Shown here: piece after piece, positions 1-11,278 of the stretch
How positions within the stretch are numbered: position 1 is the stretch's first letter
Layout of the letters: every line of letters starts with the position of its first letter
IMG/VR virus record: IMGVR_UViG_2721755646_000011
DNA: 64,000 bases
Source of the DNA: a virus
Lineage: Duplodnaviria > Heunggongvirae > Uroviricota > Caudoviricetes
Strand: one strand, 5' to 3'
Translations under genes and position numbers: made by a program
Notes under the pieces: generated by a model
Database searches by the model: none
Told to the model about the DNA's origin: nothing
What the model saw: the letters and a program-made list of their open reading frames with translations, nothing else

Positions 1-1
1 C

Positions 2-70
2 CGCGTTGAGAATTTTAATCGCCTATTCACCGAGCTACTAGAAGCTCGCAAACGTAACAAACATCAGTAA
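2..70 (+). CDS. DicA-like HTH repressor, C-terminal fragment truncated by window edge
   Basis: In-frame translation RVENFNRLFTELLEARKRNKHQ-stop parallels the C-terminus of the complete 135-aa DicA-like ORF at 58639-59046 (RVENFNKLFEELLKARKRSANK); same downstream gene order. Confidence 0.55.
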   Translation, partial: RVENFNRLFTELLEARKRNKHQ

Positions 71-154
71 CCCCCTTCACAAATTTTAAAGCCTTACATT
101 TCAATGTATTGGCTTTATTTTGCATTAAATATTGAGTTTTCTCATTAAAAATAC

Positions 155-183
155 TTGACCAACATTCATGAGAAAACTAAATT
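155..183 (+). promoter_or_regulatory. putative sigma70 promoter of the dicB-type operon (TTGACC, 17-bp spacer, TAAATT)
   Basis: Consensus-like -35 and -10 hexamers read directly; an equivalent TTGACC promoter is found at 59145-59174 before the paralogous operon. Confidence 0.45.
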
Positions 184-259
184 ACCACCCATCAAGACAC
201 CGCACGGTGTTCTCAGCAAACAGTTCCGCTACCCGGCGTTAAGGGGAAATGAGGTCAGC

Positions 260-415
260 ATGGATACTATCGATCTTGGCAACAGCGAATCTCTGGTATG
301 TGGCGTGTTCCCCAACCAGGACGGCACGTTCACCGCGATGACGTATACCAAAAGCAAAACGTTTAAAACCGAAAATGGTGCCCGTCGCTGGCTGGAAAGA
401 AACTCAGGTGAGTGA
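260..415 (+). CDS. ydfA: YdfA-like small protein (Qin-type dicB operon)
   Basis: 51-aa reading MDTIDLGNSESLVCGVFPNQDGTF... inside the 86-aa track ORF; position between the DicA-type repressor and ydfB/ydfC as in the E. coli Qin prophage; identification from memory of the family. Confidence 0.5.
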   Translation: MDTIDLGNSESLVCGVFPNQDGTFTAMTYTKSKTFKTENGARRWLERNSGE

Positions 416-416
416 T

Positions 417-545
417 ATGGATTTCGACACAATCATGGAAAAGGCTTATGAAGAATACTTCGAAGGTCTTGCCGACGGCGAAGAAGCTCTCAGCTTCAAC
501 GAATTTAAACAGGCGCTTTCCAGCTCGGCAAAATCTAACGGCTGA
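417..545 (+). CDS. ydfB: YdfB-like small protein (42 aa)
   Basis: ATG 1 nt after the ydfA stop; translation MDFDTIMEKAYEEYFEGLADGEEALSFNEFKQALSSSAKSNG; not in the ORF track because it is under 60 aa. Confidence 0.45.
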   Translation: MDFDTIMEKAYEEYFEGLADGEEALSFNEFKQALSSSAKSNG

Positions 546-574
546 TAAGCGAAACAGCACCGCGAGGAATCAGT

Positions 575-793
575 ATGCAGAAACGAGAACCCGTCATCAT
601 CGCACCAGACTATACCGATGATGAACTTTATGAGTGGATGCGCCAGAAAATTAATGCAGCGCAGGATCTGAAATGGGCCAATGAAGCCAGGGCTAAGCAG
701 GCTGAAAAACTGTCCGCTCTGGAGCAGGATATCACCAATCTGGAAAAAGCAGCGGCATTAAGCATTGCCAGAATGATTACATACCCGCGTTAA
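575..793 (+). CDS. ydfC: YdfC-like protein (72 aa)
   Basis: 72-aa ORF; a near-identical paralogue is at 59682-59900; position upstream of dicF. Confidence 0.6.
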   Translation: MQKREPVIIAPDYTDDELYEWMRQKINAAQDLKWANEARAKQAEKLSALEQDITNLEKAAALSIARMITYPR

Positions 794-1133
794 TAGCTAA
801 CCAACGAAGCTAAGGTTGGTAATTAAGTAGTTCTCCACGGGTGAGGTGGAGTGCGTGCGCCGGACGCGGGTGAGCATCCGGCACTGACAGTTTACTGAAA
901 GGATATTTCCCTGAAAAGTCAGACCATAACGCGAAAGCGCACGGCGAGGTAGCTGGTTCATAGATAGCCTGTCGTTAAATTTTCGTCGACCGTGCGCTTC
1001 CGGTTGTGGCAACCCGCGAAATGGTGCGGCGGTAAGTATGGCGGGGTTATTTCTTCCCCGTTGAGGACACCGGGTTGTCAGGTTGACCATACGCTTAAGT
1101 GACAACCCCGCTGCAACGCCTTCTGTTATCAAT

Positions 1134-1191
1134 TTTCTGGTGACGTTTGGCGGTATCAGTTTTACTCCGTGACTGCTCTGCCGCCCTTTTT
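1134..1191 (+). ncRNA. dicF: DicF small regulatory RNA (antisense regulator of ftsZ and other mRNAs)
   Basis: Sequence TTTCTGGTGACGTTTGGCGGTATCAGTTTTACTCCGTGACTGCTCTGCCGCCCTTTTT matches my recollection of E. coli DicF, ends in a GC hairpin plus T-run, and lies between ydfC and dicB. Confidence 0.7.
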
Positions 1192-1358
1192 AAAGTGAAT
1201 TTTGTGATGTGGTGAATGCGGCTGAGCGCACGCGGAACAGTTAAAGCTAAAAACAGCGTTATGGGTGATTCTGTATTCCGGCGTTAATTGTTAACTGGTT
1301 AACGTCACCTGGAGGCACCAGGCACCACATCACAAAATTCATTGTTGAGGACGCGATA

Positions 1359-1547
1359 ATGGAAACGTCACTACCAAACGTTAATACGTCTGAAGGGTGT
1401 TTTAATATTGGTATTCTGCTCAGTAACCGGGAGTTTACTGAAGACGCCATCAGGATGAGAAAATATGAGCCTTATCTTCTCAATGATAATTCCATACTCT
1501 CCAGAATTGCCCTTCTTGAACTTGGCATTTTCGGAGGGCAGCAGTGA
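1359..1547 (+). CDS. dicB: DicB cell-division inhibitor (62 aa)
   Basis: 62-aa product METSLPNVNTSEGCF... with the size and N-terminus of DicB; immediately after dicF; paralogue at 61100-61288. Confidence 0.7.
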   Translation: METSLPNVNTSEGCFNIGILLSNREFTEDAIRMRKYEPYLLNDNSILSRIALLELGIFGGQQ

Positions 1548-1732
1548 GTTCAGCGTTTGCACTGATGATGACGGTTTTTCTTATAACAGGTGAGCCACAG
1601 AATGTGATTACCGGAATTTATGCCAGTAAAGAATCCTGCCATCAGGCAAGAGACGAGCAAAAAATTTCCGGTGAATGTCTCCCGTTAAACAAAGTATCGC
1701 TGTACCTGAATAACGAAATACCGGCTGGATAA
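1544..1732 (+). CDS. ydfD: YdfD-like small protein
   Basis: 62-aa ORF overlapping the dicB stop by 4 nt, hydrophobic N-terminus; paralogue at 61285-61476. Confidence 0.55.
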   Translation: MSSAFALMMTVFLITGEPQNVITGIYASKESCHQARDEQKISGECLPLNKVSLYLNNEIPAG

Positions 1733-1824
1733 CCCGCCAGCCGTATTAACGCCATACCCGTTGATTAAGCATGCCAGCAATGGCAGGGATTCGTACAACC
1801 TTAAAATAGTTATGAGGTTTATCA

Positions 1825-4269
1825 ATGAGCACTGATAAAGAAGAAATTGCACTGTATTACGAAGCCAAAAATGACAAAGTCAGAAAACGCCTTGGGATTA
1901 AAGGCGGTTTTTACTGGCGCACAGCAAAAAAATTATCGGTTGCAATATCACGGGGTGTTGTCGCAATGGACGATGCTGGATTTGACGAAGAGGATTTCAA
2001 AAAACCTGTTCGCGTGAATTTGCCCATTGTTAATGACCTGCCGCCTGAAGGTGTGTTCGATACTGAATTCTGCAACCGCTATGAAAAAGGCGGGGAAGAT
2101 GGCATCACAATGATATTTATAGCGCCTTCCCCCTCAGTTCAGGACAAACCAGCCAGCTCTGACAATACCAACGTCAATGGCGAAGACATGGCTGAGATTG
2201 AGGATAATATGCTCCTGCCGATTTCCGGTCAGGAACTGCCCATTCGCTGGCTTGCGCAACATGGCAGCGAAAAACCGGTAACGCACGTTTCACGGGAAGA
2301 ACTTCAGGCATTACATATCGCACGAGCTGAAGAACTGCCTGCTGTTACTGCCCTGGCTATTTCCCACAACACAAAGCTGCTCGACCCGCTGGAGATTCGC
2401 GACCTTCACAAACTGGTACGCGACACAGACAAAGTTTTCCCTAATCCCGTTAATTCCAGTCTGGGGTTAATGACTGCTTTTTTCGAAGCATACCTGGACG
2501 CTGACTATACCGATCGAGGTCTGCTGACAAAAGAGTGGATGAAAGGAAATCGTGTTTTACGCATCAGCCGCACGCCATCCGGCGCTAATGCTGGCGGAGG
2601 AATTCTTACCGATCGCGGTGAAGGTTTTGTCCACGATGATGCGTCAGTAGAACGTGACGTTGCCGCTGGCGTTCTGGCCCGTTCAATGGACATCGATATT
2701 TACAATCCACATCCGGCACACGCCAAACGCATTGAAGAAATCGTTTCAGAGAATAAGCCGCCCTTTTCTGTTTTTCGTGACAAATTCATCGCCATGCCTG
2801 GTCACCTGGATTATTCCCGCGCGATAGTGGTTGCGTCCGTGAAAGAAGCACCAATTGGTATCGAGGCTACTCCCCACCGTGTTACCGAATATCTGAACAA
2901 AGTACTGACCGAAACCGACCATGCCAACCCTGATCCAGAAATCGTGGATATTGCCTGCGGTCGCTCCTCTGCTCCAATGCCGCAGCGTGTAACAAAAGAA
3001 GGAAAACAGGATGATGAAGAAAAACCGCAGCCATCTGGCGCAATGGCAGATGAACAGGCAACGACTGAAGCAGTGGAACCGGATACAACTGAACATAATC
3101 AGGACACGCAGTCGATGGATGCTCAGCCACAGATAAATTCTGTTGATGCGAAATATCAGAAACTGCGGGCAGAACTCCATGAAGCCCGGAAAAACATTCC
3201 GCCCCAAAATCCTGTCGATGCAGACAAATTACTGGCTGCCTCTCGCGGAGAATTTGTTGAAGGGATTAGCGACCCGAATGATCCGAAATGGATTAAGGGG
3301 ATCCAGACCCGCGATTCTGTGTACCAGAATCAGCCAGAAACGGAACAGAACGACCAGAAAGCGGAACAGAACAGCCCAAATACGCAACAAAACGAGCCAG
3401 AAACGAAACAACCTGAACCAGTAGTGCAACAGGAACCGGAAAAGATCTGCACCGCCTGCGGTCAGAGGAGTGGCGGCAACTGCCCTGATTGTGGCGCGGT
3501 GATGGGCGACGCAACATACCAGGAAACATTCGATGACAAGAACCTGGTTGAAGTTCAGGAAGACGATTCGGAGAAAATGGAAGGCGCTGAACATCCACAC
3601 AAGGAGAATGCTGGCAGCGCTCAGGACCACGCCAGCGATAGTGAAACTGGCGAGACGGCAGATCCCTTAATTACGGTGAACGGTCATCGCATTATCACAT
3701 CCACCAGCAGGACGTGTGACCATCTAATGATCGACCTTGAAACCATGGGAAAAAATCCTGATGCCCCGATTATCTCAATAGGTGCAATATTTTTCGATCC
3801 GCAAACCGGAGATATGGGACCGGAATTTAGTAAGACTATCGATCTGGAAACTGCTGGCGGAGTCATTGATCGGGACACCATTAAATGGTGGCTTAAGCAA
3901 TCACGCGAAGCGCAATCTGCCATTATGACCGATGAAATCCCGTTAGATGATGCACTGTTACAATTGCGGGAATTTATCGACGAAAACTCCGGTGAATTTT
4001 TTGTTCAGGTCTGGGGAAATGGAGCCAACTTCGACAACACGATTTTGCGCCGTTCATACGAACGGCAGGGGATCCCCTGCCCGTGGCGTTACTACAACGA
4101 TCGCGATGTACGCACAATCGTTGAGCTGGGGAAAGCCATAGACTTCGATGCCAGAACTGCTATCCCATTCGAAGGTGAGCGCCACAATGCGCTGGATGAC
4201 GCTCGTTACCAGGCAAAATACGTTTCAGCTATCTGGCAAAAACTGATCCCGAATCAGGCTGATTTTTAA
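1825..4269 (+). CDS. large prophage early protein with C-terminal DnaQ-like (DEDDh) 3'-5' exonuclease domain
   Basis: 814-aa ORF; C-terminal roughly 190 aa carry the DLETMG ... GNGANFD ... HNALDDA exonuclease motifs; sits where Qin has the ydfE fragment, upstream of xis-int. Confidence 0.6.
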   Translation: MSTDKEEIALYYEAKNDKVRKRLGIKGGFYWRTAKKLSVAISRGVVAMDDAGFDEEDFKKPVRVNLPIVNDLPPEGVFDTEFCNRYEKGGEDGITMIFIAPSPSVQDKPASSDNTNVNGEDMAEIEDNMLLPISGQELPIRWLAQHGSEKPVTHVSREELQALHIARAEELPAVTALAISHNTKLLDPLEIRDLHKLVRDTDKVFPNPVNSSLGLMTAFFEAYLDADYTDRGLLTKEWMKGNRVLRISRTPSGANAGGGILTDRGEGFVHDDASVERDVAAGVLARSMDIDIYNPHPAHAKRIEEIVSENKPPFSVFRDKFIAMPGHLDYSRAIVVASVKEAPIGIEATPHRVTEYLNKVLTETDHANPDPEIVDIACGRSSAPMPQRVTKEGKQDDEEKPQPSGAMADEQATTEAVEPDTTEHNQDTQSMDAQPQINSVDAKYQKLRAELHEARKNIPPQNPVDADKLLAASRGEFVEGISDPNDPKWIKGIQTRDSVYQNQPETEQNDQKAEQNSPNTQQNEPETKQPEPVVQQEPEKICTACGQRSGGNCPDCGAVMGDATYQETFDDKNLVEVQEDDSEKMEGAEHPHKENAGSAQDHASDSETGETADPLITVNGHRIITSTSRTCDHLMIDLETMGKNPDAPIISIGAIFFDPQTGDMGPEFSKTIDLETAGGVIDRDTIKWWLKQSREAQSAIMTDEIPLDDALLQLREFIDENSGEFFVQVWGNGANFDNTILRRSYERQGIPCPWRYYNDRDVRTIVELGKAIDFDARTAIPFEGERHNALDDARYQAKYVSAIWQKLIPNQADF

Positions 4270-4333
4270 TGTTCAACCCCGGTCGTTGCCCACCAGCTAT
4301 AGTGGCGGCGACCATGATTAGCGAACGACGCTC

Positions 4334-4582
4334 ATGGCAAGACTTATTCTGCTCACTGAGTGGGCAAAAGAGGAATTCAGTGAACCGGTCCCTACTCCGA
4401 GTACGTTAAGTAAATACGCTAAAGCCGGAATGATATTTCCTCTCCCCAAAAAAGTTGGAAGACGCTGGCGAGTGGATCCGCAAGCTCGCTTTGTCGGAAT
4501 GGTAAACAAGCCGGAGGTGATCGCCACAGATCACCCTGCTTTGAAGAGGATACTGGAAGATGGCGCGCCCGCGAAAATATAA
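4334..4582 (+). CDS. xis: excisionase-like protein
   Basis: 82-aa ORF directly upstream of, and overlapping, the integrase start; typical Xis position and size. Confidence 0.6.
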   Translation: MARLILLTEWAKEEFSEPVPTPSTLSKYAKAGMIFPLPKKVGRRWRVDPQARFVGMVNKPEVIATDHPALKRILEDGAPAKI

Positions 4583-5690
4583 AACCGATGTTCCGGGATT
4601 ATCTCCGTATTTTGACAAAAGAAATAACAAAGTTTACTGGCGTTACAGGCATCCCATAACAGGCAAAAATCACGGTCTCGGCAGTATTGACCAGAAACTG
4701 GCAGAAACTATTGCAGCAGAAGCGAACAGCCGTCTTGCCCGGCAGCAAATGGAACAAATGCTCAGTCTGCAGGAGAAAATTATTAGTGATACCGGCGGTT
4801 CATCAACCGTTACCATTTTTCTGAATAATTACAGAAAAATTCAACAGGAAAGATATGAAAACGGCGAGATCAAACTCAACACGCTGAAACAGAAAGCGGC
4901 CCCTCTCAGGGTATTTGATGAACGTTTTGGCACCAGACCGTTAGATGCCATAACCGTAAAAGATGTGGTATCAGTACTGGAAGAGTACAAGGCCAGAGGA
5001 CATAACAGAATGGGACAAATTTTCAGGAAAGTACTGATCGATGTTTTCCGGGAAGCTCAGCAAACGGGCGATGTCCCGCCAGGCTTTAACCCTGCAGAAT
5101 CTGCAAAAAAACCGCAGGTGCGGATATCAAGACAGCGACTGACTTTTGATGAGTGGATGATGATTTATAACGCAGCGGAAAAGGATGGTTACTTTTTACA
5201 GCGCGGTATGCTGCTGGCACTGATGACAGGCCAGCGCCTTTCAGATATTTGCAAAATGCAATTTTCGGATATCCGGGATGGTTATCTTCATGTCGAACAG
5301 CAAAAAACAGGAACCCGGATTGCCATCCCTCTGGCTCTGCGTTGCGATAAATTAAATCTCACCCTGGATGATGTGGTGTCATCCTGCCGCGATTGCGTTC
5401 TTAGTCCGTGGCTATTGCACCACCATCACGCGAAAGGGACAGCTAAGCGCGGCGGGATGGTTAAGCCAGCAACATTAACCGTTGCATTTAAAAAAGCCCG
5501 GGATTCTGTGGATTACAACTGGCGTGCTAATGGCACCCCACCCTCTTTCCATGAGCAGAGATCTTTATCAGAGCGATTGTTCAGAGAGCAGGGGGTTGAT
5601 ACCAAAATTTTGCTAGGCCATTCGAATCAAAAAATGATCGATATTTACAACGACGCACGCGGTAAGGAATGGAAAAAACTGGTCATTTGA
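4560..5690 (+). CDS. int: tyrosine-type phage integrase
   Basis: 376-aa ORF with C-terminal catalytic-domain motifs (RLSD ... HEQRS ... LLGHSN ... IYND) of lambda-family integrases. Confidence 0.9.
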   Translation: MARPRKYKTDVPGLSPYFDKRNNKVYWRYRHPITGKNHGLGSIDQKLAETIAAEANSRLARQQMEQMLSLQEKIISDTGGSSTVTIFLNNYRKIQQERYENGEIKLNTLKQKAAPLRVFDERFGTRPLDAITVKDVVSVLEEYKARGHNRMGQIFRKVLIDVFREAQQTGDVPPGFNPAESAKKPQVRISRQRLTFDEWMMIYNAAEKDGYFLQRGMLLALMTGQRLSDICKMQFSDIRDGYLHVEQQKTGTRIAIPLALRCDKLNLTLDDVVSSCRDCVLSPWLLHHHHAKGTAKRGGMVKPATLTVAFKKARDSVDYNWRANGTPPSFHEQRSLSERLFREQGVDTKILLGHSNQKMIDIYNDARGKEWKKLVI

Positions 5691-5696
5691 TGACCA

Positions 5697-5732
5697 GTTT
5701 TGCAGAGGGGTTTTGCAGAGGTTTTGCAGAGA
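5697..5732. repeat. three tandem GTTTTGCAGAG repeats just after int (candidate integrase arm-type sites in att)
   Basis: Direct repeats read in sequence; a GGTCA-n5-TGACC palindrome spans the int stop codon. Confidence 0.4.
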
Positions 5733-6989
5733 AAATTAAAAACGATATCCTGCGGAGAACATAAACACCCACGGATCCAGTCGTACCGAGTCTTTCACGG
5801 TAGTAACACCAGATTTATACTTAGCCGTGGTATCGATATCCATGTACCACACTGGTAGATTTTACAAAACTCAATAACATATTATATTTAAAGGAAAAAT
5901 ACAGAATTTACGATGCTTTTTTATACAGATCTCTCGTGTTTTTAACTGATTGATTTTGTTGAACTCTTTTTTTGTTTTGCAGGAGTTACTCCTCTTACCT
6001 TATTGTCCACTCGATGACCAACACATTCACAACCCAAACCAGAATATCCTATCTATGAAGCATGTATCCGCACGCAGATTAATTATGGTTTACATTGTTC
6101 TACCACAATAGTCGCATCCTAAATGGGTGCGGTTGAGGATCACCATCCTTGAAGAGGATGCCCGCCACTTTAACTGCATGACAGGGCTATTTAAACAATC
6201 ACTAAAAATCGCCCAAGAGCATTCTGTTTCTATAATGTATTCCAAGAGATTAAAAAATAATATCATACGTTATTCGGCAGAGTTCGTATGTACTACGGCG
6301 TCCCAACCATGTCCCAAAACAAAAATTTCTGCCCTATACACGTTCCAAAAAATTCAACAGCAAAGAGAGTCTGCTGACGAGTTGTTGATTCACTGATTAA
6401 TACGTAAAATTGATAACTGCTGGAAATCATACAATACTCGTACTTTCGAAAGTTCGCTAACCAGGTGCTACACGCGAGGTGTTACAGTTTTCTTTACGAT
6501 TTATCATTCAATCCTAATCCATGCATGACATGTGGTGCCTGTGGGGTGATCCTACCTACGTAATGTGGACACAGCCCTAATCAAGGTTCTGTTTTTCAAA
6601 ACAGTTCCGTGCTGAGACAGCCACAAGTACTGTGTCGGCACCACCGATTGTAATCACACTAGATCTAATTAAACACAGCCGTCTGCATTATTTCCCGACT
6701 CATAAAATATTAGCCGTAAATGCATTCGACTTTTAGTGAGTGGAAGAAACTTTCCGCCCTAGCATTATCGTAACAGCGCCCCTTTGCACTCATCCTGTCA
6801 TGCAGGTATGCCGCTTCAGAAGCGCCTGATAATGCGTTGAAATCAGGACGGTGGCTACTTGCTATTCAGTTCACGATACATCCCTTAAGGACCAGCGAAT
6901 AGCAATGAGTCACTTTATTATCAAGTTTGATGACCGCTTTGATGCTAACTTTTAATAAGAGTCTCTTCACACAAAATCGTGTACCGAGT

Positions 6990-7640
6990 CTACACTGAAT
7001 AACAATCACTCCTCACCGTAAAGTGACCGATACTGCAATCAAACTCACACTGCTCTCTGGCCACAAGCATTGATAATGTTATTGGCTCTCTGCTTAGTGG
7101 GTGATGCATCCCATCATTAATTATACGAGAAAGAGCCATTTCATCATATAAACTACATACTCTGGAACCTTCAGCATTTCTTAAAAAAACACCTCGTTGA
7201 GGAATTGCCAGCGTAATCGGGCACTGTAATGCTTCATCTATGTAAGACATTTCTTCAATATTAACTAAAAATGAACATGAATGTAATCGCCGCTGTAACA
7301 ATTCAATTCTGTTATCATTACTATGCATAAATTCAGAAATAACCTGCCCCATATATGTACTGAATACATCAAGAAATGAATTGCCTCCATTCAATTGATT
7401 TTCAACAGAATCAGCCAATCTAATGATATCGGCTAGTTCTGTATGGCTTAAACCCGAATATAGTTCCTCTTGAACAGGATCTACAATAAAAGCGTCCATA
7501 GCACTCTGATAGCGAACAGAAAACGATCTTTCTCCTATTGTGAGTCTTTCCATTTGATGATCTCTGGTCGCACGTTGTAAAACTTCAACATCTTGTGTTG
7601 ACAAGTAATTTCCAGAAGACAAATTAAATGAAAATGGCAT
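6990..7640 (-). CDS. nleG: NleG-family type III secreted effector (U-box E3 ubiquitin ligase family)
   Basis: 216-aa ORF with MPFSFNLSS N-terminus and conserved C-terminal CPITL ... HPLSREPIT U-box-like region. Confidence 0.8.
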   Translation of the reverse strand: MPFSFNLSSGNYLSTQDVEVLQRATRDHQMERLTIGERSFSVRYQSAMDAFIVDPVQEELYSGLSHTELADIIRLADSVENQLNGGNSFLDVFSTYMGQVISEFMHSNDNRIELLQRRLHSCSFLVNIEEMSYIDEALQCPITLAIPQRGVFLRNAEGSRVCSLYDEMALSRIINDGMHHPLSREPITLSMLVAREQCEFDCSIGHFTVRSDCYSV

Positions 7641-7860
7641 AATTTTATCCCTAAAGCATATATCTTACTTTTCGATAATTAACAAAAAGCCATCCTCCAC
7701 AGCAATACTCCATCAGAATAATTGTAGGATTATTTTAATCTAATTTATAAGCATAAAATATATACTCACTAAATAGCTGCGCAGAATAGTAGATCATTTA
7801 GAGGGAACTCAACCCGATTGTGCGATCTGATCAATCGCCAAATCAATACAAATCACCAAC

Positions 7861-8713
7861 CGGACTGAGCAATGTCGATCATACCACCAATTTCCCGTGA
7901 CGAACGACGCCTAATACAGAAAGCCATCCATAAAAGGCTGACAGCCATGCTGATGCTGCACCGGGGCGACCGTGTCAGCGACGTTGCCCGCACACTATGC
8001 TGCGCCCGTTCCTCTGTTGGGCGCTGGATTAACTAGTTCACACAGTCGGGTGTTGAGGGACTGAAATCATTACCTGCCGAGCGAGCCCGCCGCTGGCCGT
8101 TTGCGCATATCTACACACTATTACGTGAACAGGTAAAATATTCACTCGCGACTTTGGCTACAATTATTCACGCTGGAGTACAGAACTGCTGACAATAAAA
8201 ATCAATGAGATAACCGGCTGCCTGTTACATGCTGGAACCATTCGCCGCTGGTTGTCGTCTGTGGGGCTTGTGTGGCGAAGGGCTGCGCCAACTCTACGTA
8301 TCCGTGCCCCGCCTAAAGATAAAAAGATGGCAACAATCCATAACGCACTGGACGAATGCAGCACAGAGCATCCGGTCTTTTATGAAGATGAAGTATTTAT
8401 CCATCTTAATCCCAAAATCGGTGCGGACTGGAAACTGCTCGGGAAGCAAAAACGAGGGGTCACGCCGGAACAAAATGAAAAATATTCTCTGGACGTAGCG
8501 CTGCACAGCGGGACAGGTTAAGTCAGCTGTGTGGGCGCCAACAGCAAAAGTTCGGCGCTGTTCATCAGACTGCTGAAGCGGCTTAAAGCTACATACTGTC
8601 GGACGAAAACCATCACGCTGCTCGAGGACAACTACATTATCCACAAAGGCCGGGAAACCCAGCGCTGGCTGAAGGATAAACCGAAGTGCAGAGTCATTTA
8701 TCAGCCGGTTTAA
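7861..8713 (+). pseudogene. IS630-family transposase remnant (in-frame stop and frameshifts)
   Basis: Fragments MSIIPPISRDERRLIQKAIHKRL ..., 8252-8521 and 8531-8713 read as pieces of one transposase in three frames. Confidence 0.55.
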
Positions 8714-9146
8714 TCTCCATGGGTGAATCATTTTGAATAGCTATGGCAGATACTTCACGCCACAATAACGCGTAATCATCAGTGCCGCTCAATGTGGCAA
8801 CTATTGAAAAAGTTCGCCATTTTATGGAATCCGTCAGTCCATTCCCCGAAGGCAAACATGGGCTGGCAAAAATGTGCGATATTAGGCGCAGCTATTTAGT
8901 TATTCCGTCATTTCTCCCGCCCGTGTAAACACTACTGAATCTTGTCGTTGTGACAAAGCTATAAATAGTCAATCACAGCACGTTTCTGCGTACGACGCGC
9001 TGCAATTTTCTTTACGATTTATAACTGTACAGGTGAACTATGAGTTATTTGGATACATACATATAGTGTAACGCCTGTTGTATATTTTACTCATATCTTT
9101 TTACAGGATGAAAACCAATGATACTGGCGCATAGCCTCCTCCAACC

Positions 9147-9737
9147 TTACCCCTGTATAACACGACTCATATAACCTGGGATTTCATTTCGTAGTTTTAC
9201 AATATCAACACCCGGGGCGATATGTTTCTGATAAAACTTGTCTGCAAGCACGTTTGCTATGTAATCTGTTGTACTGTTTTTTACAGCTCGGCTCATACCA
9301 TCGCAAAGAGCATCCATTTTTTTGCCAAAAGAAGCATTTCCTATTATTATATGATTAATAGAACTTTGTGCCGCTTTAACATCAAGAGTTAGTTCAAACT
9401 CCTTACTTACAAGAGAAAAGACCATTTTCCTCTCTTCAGAAGAAATTTTTGCATTTTTTTGAAGGCAGCAATTATCAATCTCTTGGTTGATAACCCTTGA
9501 CGGATATACTGTCCGTTCATCACTTACCCATCCATGAATATCTTTAGTACTCTGCCTGCTTACCGTCTCCAGTATACAGCCGCTAAATTTGTTAACATTA
9601 AAGCGGATAGAGCGCTCTCCCATTGAACACTTCACGACCTCATCATTCTTCCCACGGATGGTGCCCCGGAAAGAATTATCTTTATGATAACTGATACCAA
9701 AAGAGCTGAAGGACACACCTGTCGCATTTACTGGCAT
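9147..9737 (-). CDS. espM: EspM-family WxxxE type III effector (RhoA-activating GEF mimic)
   Basis: 196-aa ORF with WxxxE motif at W70/E74 (HGWVSDE), the size and motif position of EspM1/EspM2. Confidence 0.75.
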   Translation of the reverse strand: MPVNATGVSFSSFGISYHKDNSFRGTIRGKNDEVVKCSMGERSIRFNVNKFSGCILETVSRQSTKDIHGWVSDERTVYPSRVINQEIDNCCLQKNAKISSEERKMVFSLVSKEFELTLDVKAAQSSINHIIIGNASFGKKMDALCDGMSRAVKNSTTDYIANVLADKFYQKHIAPGVDIVKLRNEIPGYMSRVIQG

Positions 9738-9920
9738 AACAAATCCTTTTCATTAAAATTTGCTTACAAAAATTGTATACAATCATTTTAATTAAAAAAA
9801 TACATGTGTAAATAGCATTCGTTCAAAATTTAATTTTTTGTTTGAATCCTATCACATATTTAGTATCTTGACTCCTGTCACCAATATGGTTCAATAACAT
9901 AGACTAAAGAGGGAGAAAAT

Positions 9921-10568
9921 ATGCCTGTCATATTAAACTTTTCGAGTGAAAGAGTATTGTCTGAAAGTGAACTGGAGGCTTTACGTCATGTCGGAAGAGT
10001 TAGTCAGAGTGAACAGCTTGTTGTGAGAGGCCGCACTATGAGACTTCATCATATTTCATTTATGGACAGTTTTAGCGTGGAACCGGTTTCCGGCGGACTG
10101 TTGGATCGCCTTAGTGCAAGAGGGCATCGCCTTCTCGCAGAAAATCTGGAGATACAGCTTAACAGAGGCCATACTTTTTTGCAGGCATTCCGTTTATATA
10201 TGGAACAGAGCCGTGCAACCCCATGTACGCGCCAAAACGTCAGTAGTGCAATACAAAACAAAATTAACTCTCATGCATTTACTGTTAGTCATCAAGACTT
10301 TTCCTGTCATGAACAACACCTGAATTGCCCGATAACATTATGCATTCCTGAAACTGGTGTTTTTGTCAGAAATGCAAAAAACTCAGAAATATGTTCATTA
10401 TATGACCACAATGCACTCACTGAACTTATCCGACGCAACGCTCCACACCCTCTCAGCCGTGAACCCTTTGTTCCGGAAATGATTGTCAGCAAAGATGAAT
10501 GCCATTTTAATCTAATAGAACAATATTTTTGCATATTAGCCACACAAAATATATGCACTAGAATTTGA
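9921..10568 (+). CDS. nleG: NleG-family type III secreted effector
   Basis: 215-aa ORF, MPVILNFSSE N-terminus, C-terminal CPITL ... HPLSREPF U-box-like motifs. Confidence 0.8.
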   Translation: MPVILNFSSERVLSESELEALRHVGRVSQSEQLVVRGRTMRLHHISFMDSFSVEPVSGGLLDRLSARGHRLLAENLEIQLNRGHTFLQAFRLYMEQSRATPCTRQNVSSAIQNKINSHAFTVSHQDFSCHEQHLNCPITLCIPETGVFVRNAKNSEICSLYDHNALTELIRRNAPHPLSREPFVPEMIVSKDECHFNLIEQYFCILATQNICTRI

Positions 10569-10749
10569 CTGTATGGTTCGATTTAAATGTTGCAAAATTA
10601 ATTTTACTAGTTATTGCCATCTATTTCATACTCCCTAATTCTTGATACAATCTGTCTGTCAAAATAGTAGATTAGATCGAACTTATATTACAGCTATTTA
10701 GTTTCTAAAATGGAATTTTTAACGTTTTATACTTCACATTACAATCTGT

Positions 10750-11170
10750 ACCATAAGCCTCCTCAGCGAGGTTGCCTGAATACCCTGTCGTGCCCATTTT
10801 TCCATCGGACGCAGTTGTCTGCTCTCTCGAACTACTGGCAATAAAAATCAACCAGACAGCTTGATGTCCGTTACATGCAGGACTAATCACGATTGGTTAC
10901 CGTTTACAAAACTTGCGTAACATTGGAGGAGAACGAATAATATTCTCTAGCTGGTACGCGTTCCATAGCGAAACGGGCAAGGTCCAACAGCAAGAGCTGA
11001 AACTCAGGGGGATTTATCAGTCGATTTATTCGCCATGGATGAATCACGCTGTACGGTTATGGTAGCTCTTAGCGACAAGGCATAATCATCAGTACACCAA
11101 TGTAACAACCGTTGAAAAAGACTCATTATTTTATGAACCAGCCATCCCATTTCCAGAGTGGTAAATATGA
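10750..11170. mobile_element. IS630-like terminal remnant (no intact transposase)
   Basis: About 70% nucleotide similarity to the 3' end and flank of the IS630 remnant at 8700-8900. Confidence 0.35.
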
Positions 11171-11278
11171 TTTGTTAAAGTGTAACAGTACTCTGCGTAG
11201 CCTTTTTAGATTCATAGTTTAATGTTTCTAAATACATTAAATTGCACTATAAGAGAAAGACATAATGTGAGGATAAAA

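Noticed and set aside
155-415. 86-aa track ORF taken as the full gene
   Set aside because: The first 35 codons cover the conserved untranslated leader shared with the second operon; the internal start at 260 gives the 51-aa ydfA-like product
797-1132. 111-aa minus-strand ORF (and paralogue 60535-60909)
   Set aside because: Lies in the highly structured region upstream of dicF; the two copies differ mainly by nonsynonymous changes and different termini, so it is more likely non-coding
6127-6396. 89-aa plus-strand ORF in the AT-rich region after att
   Set aside because: No RBS, AT-rich low-complexity context, no recognisable features; probably a chance ORF
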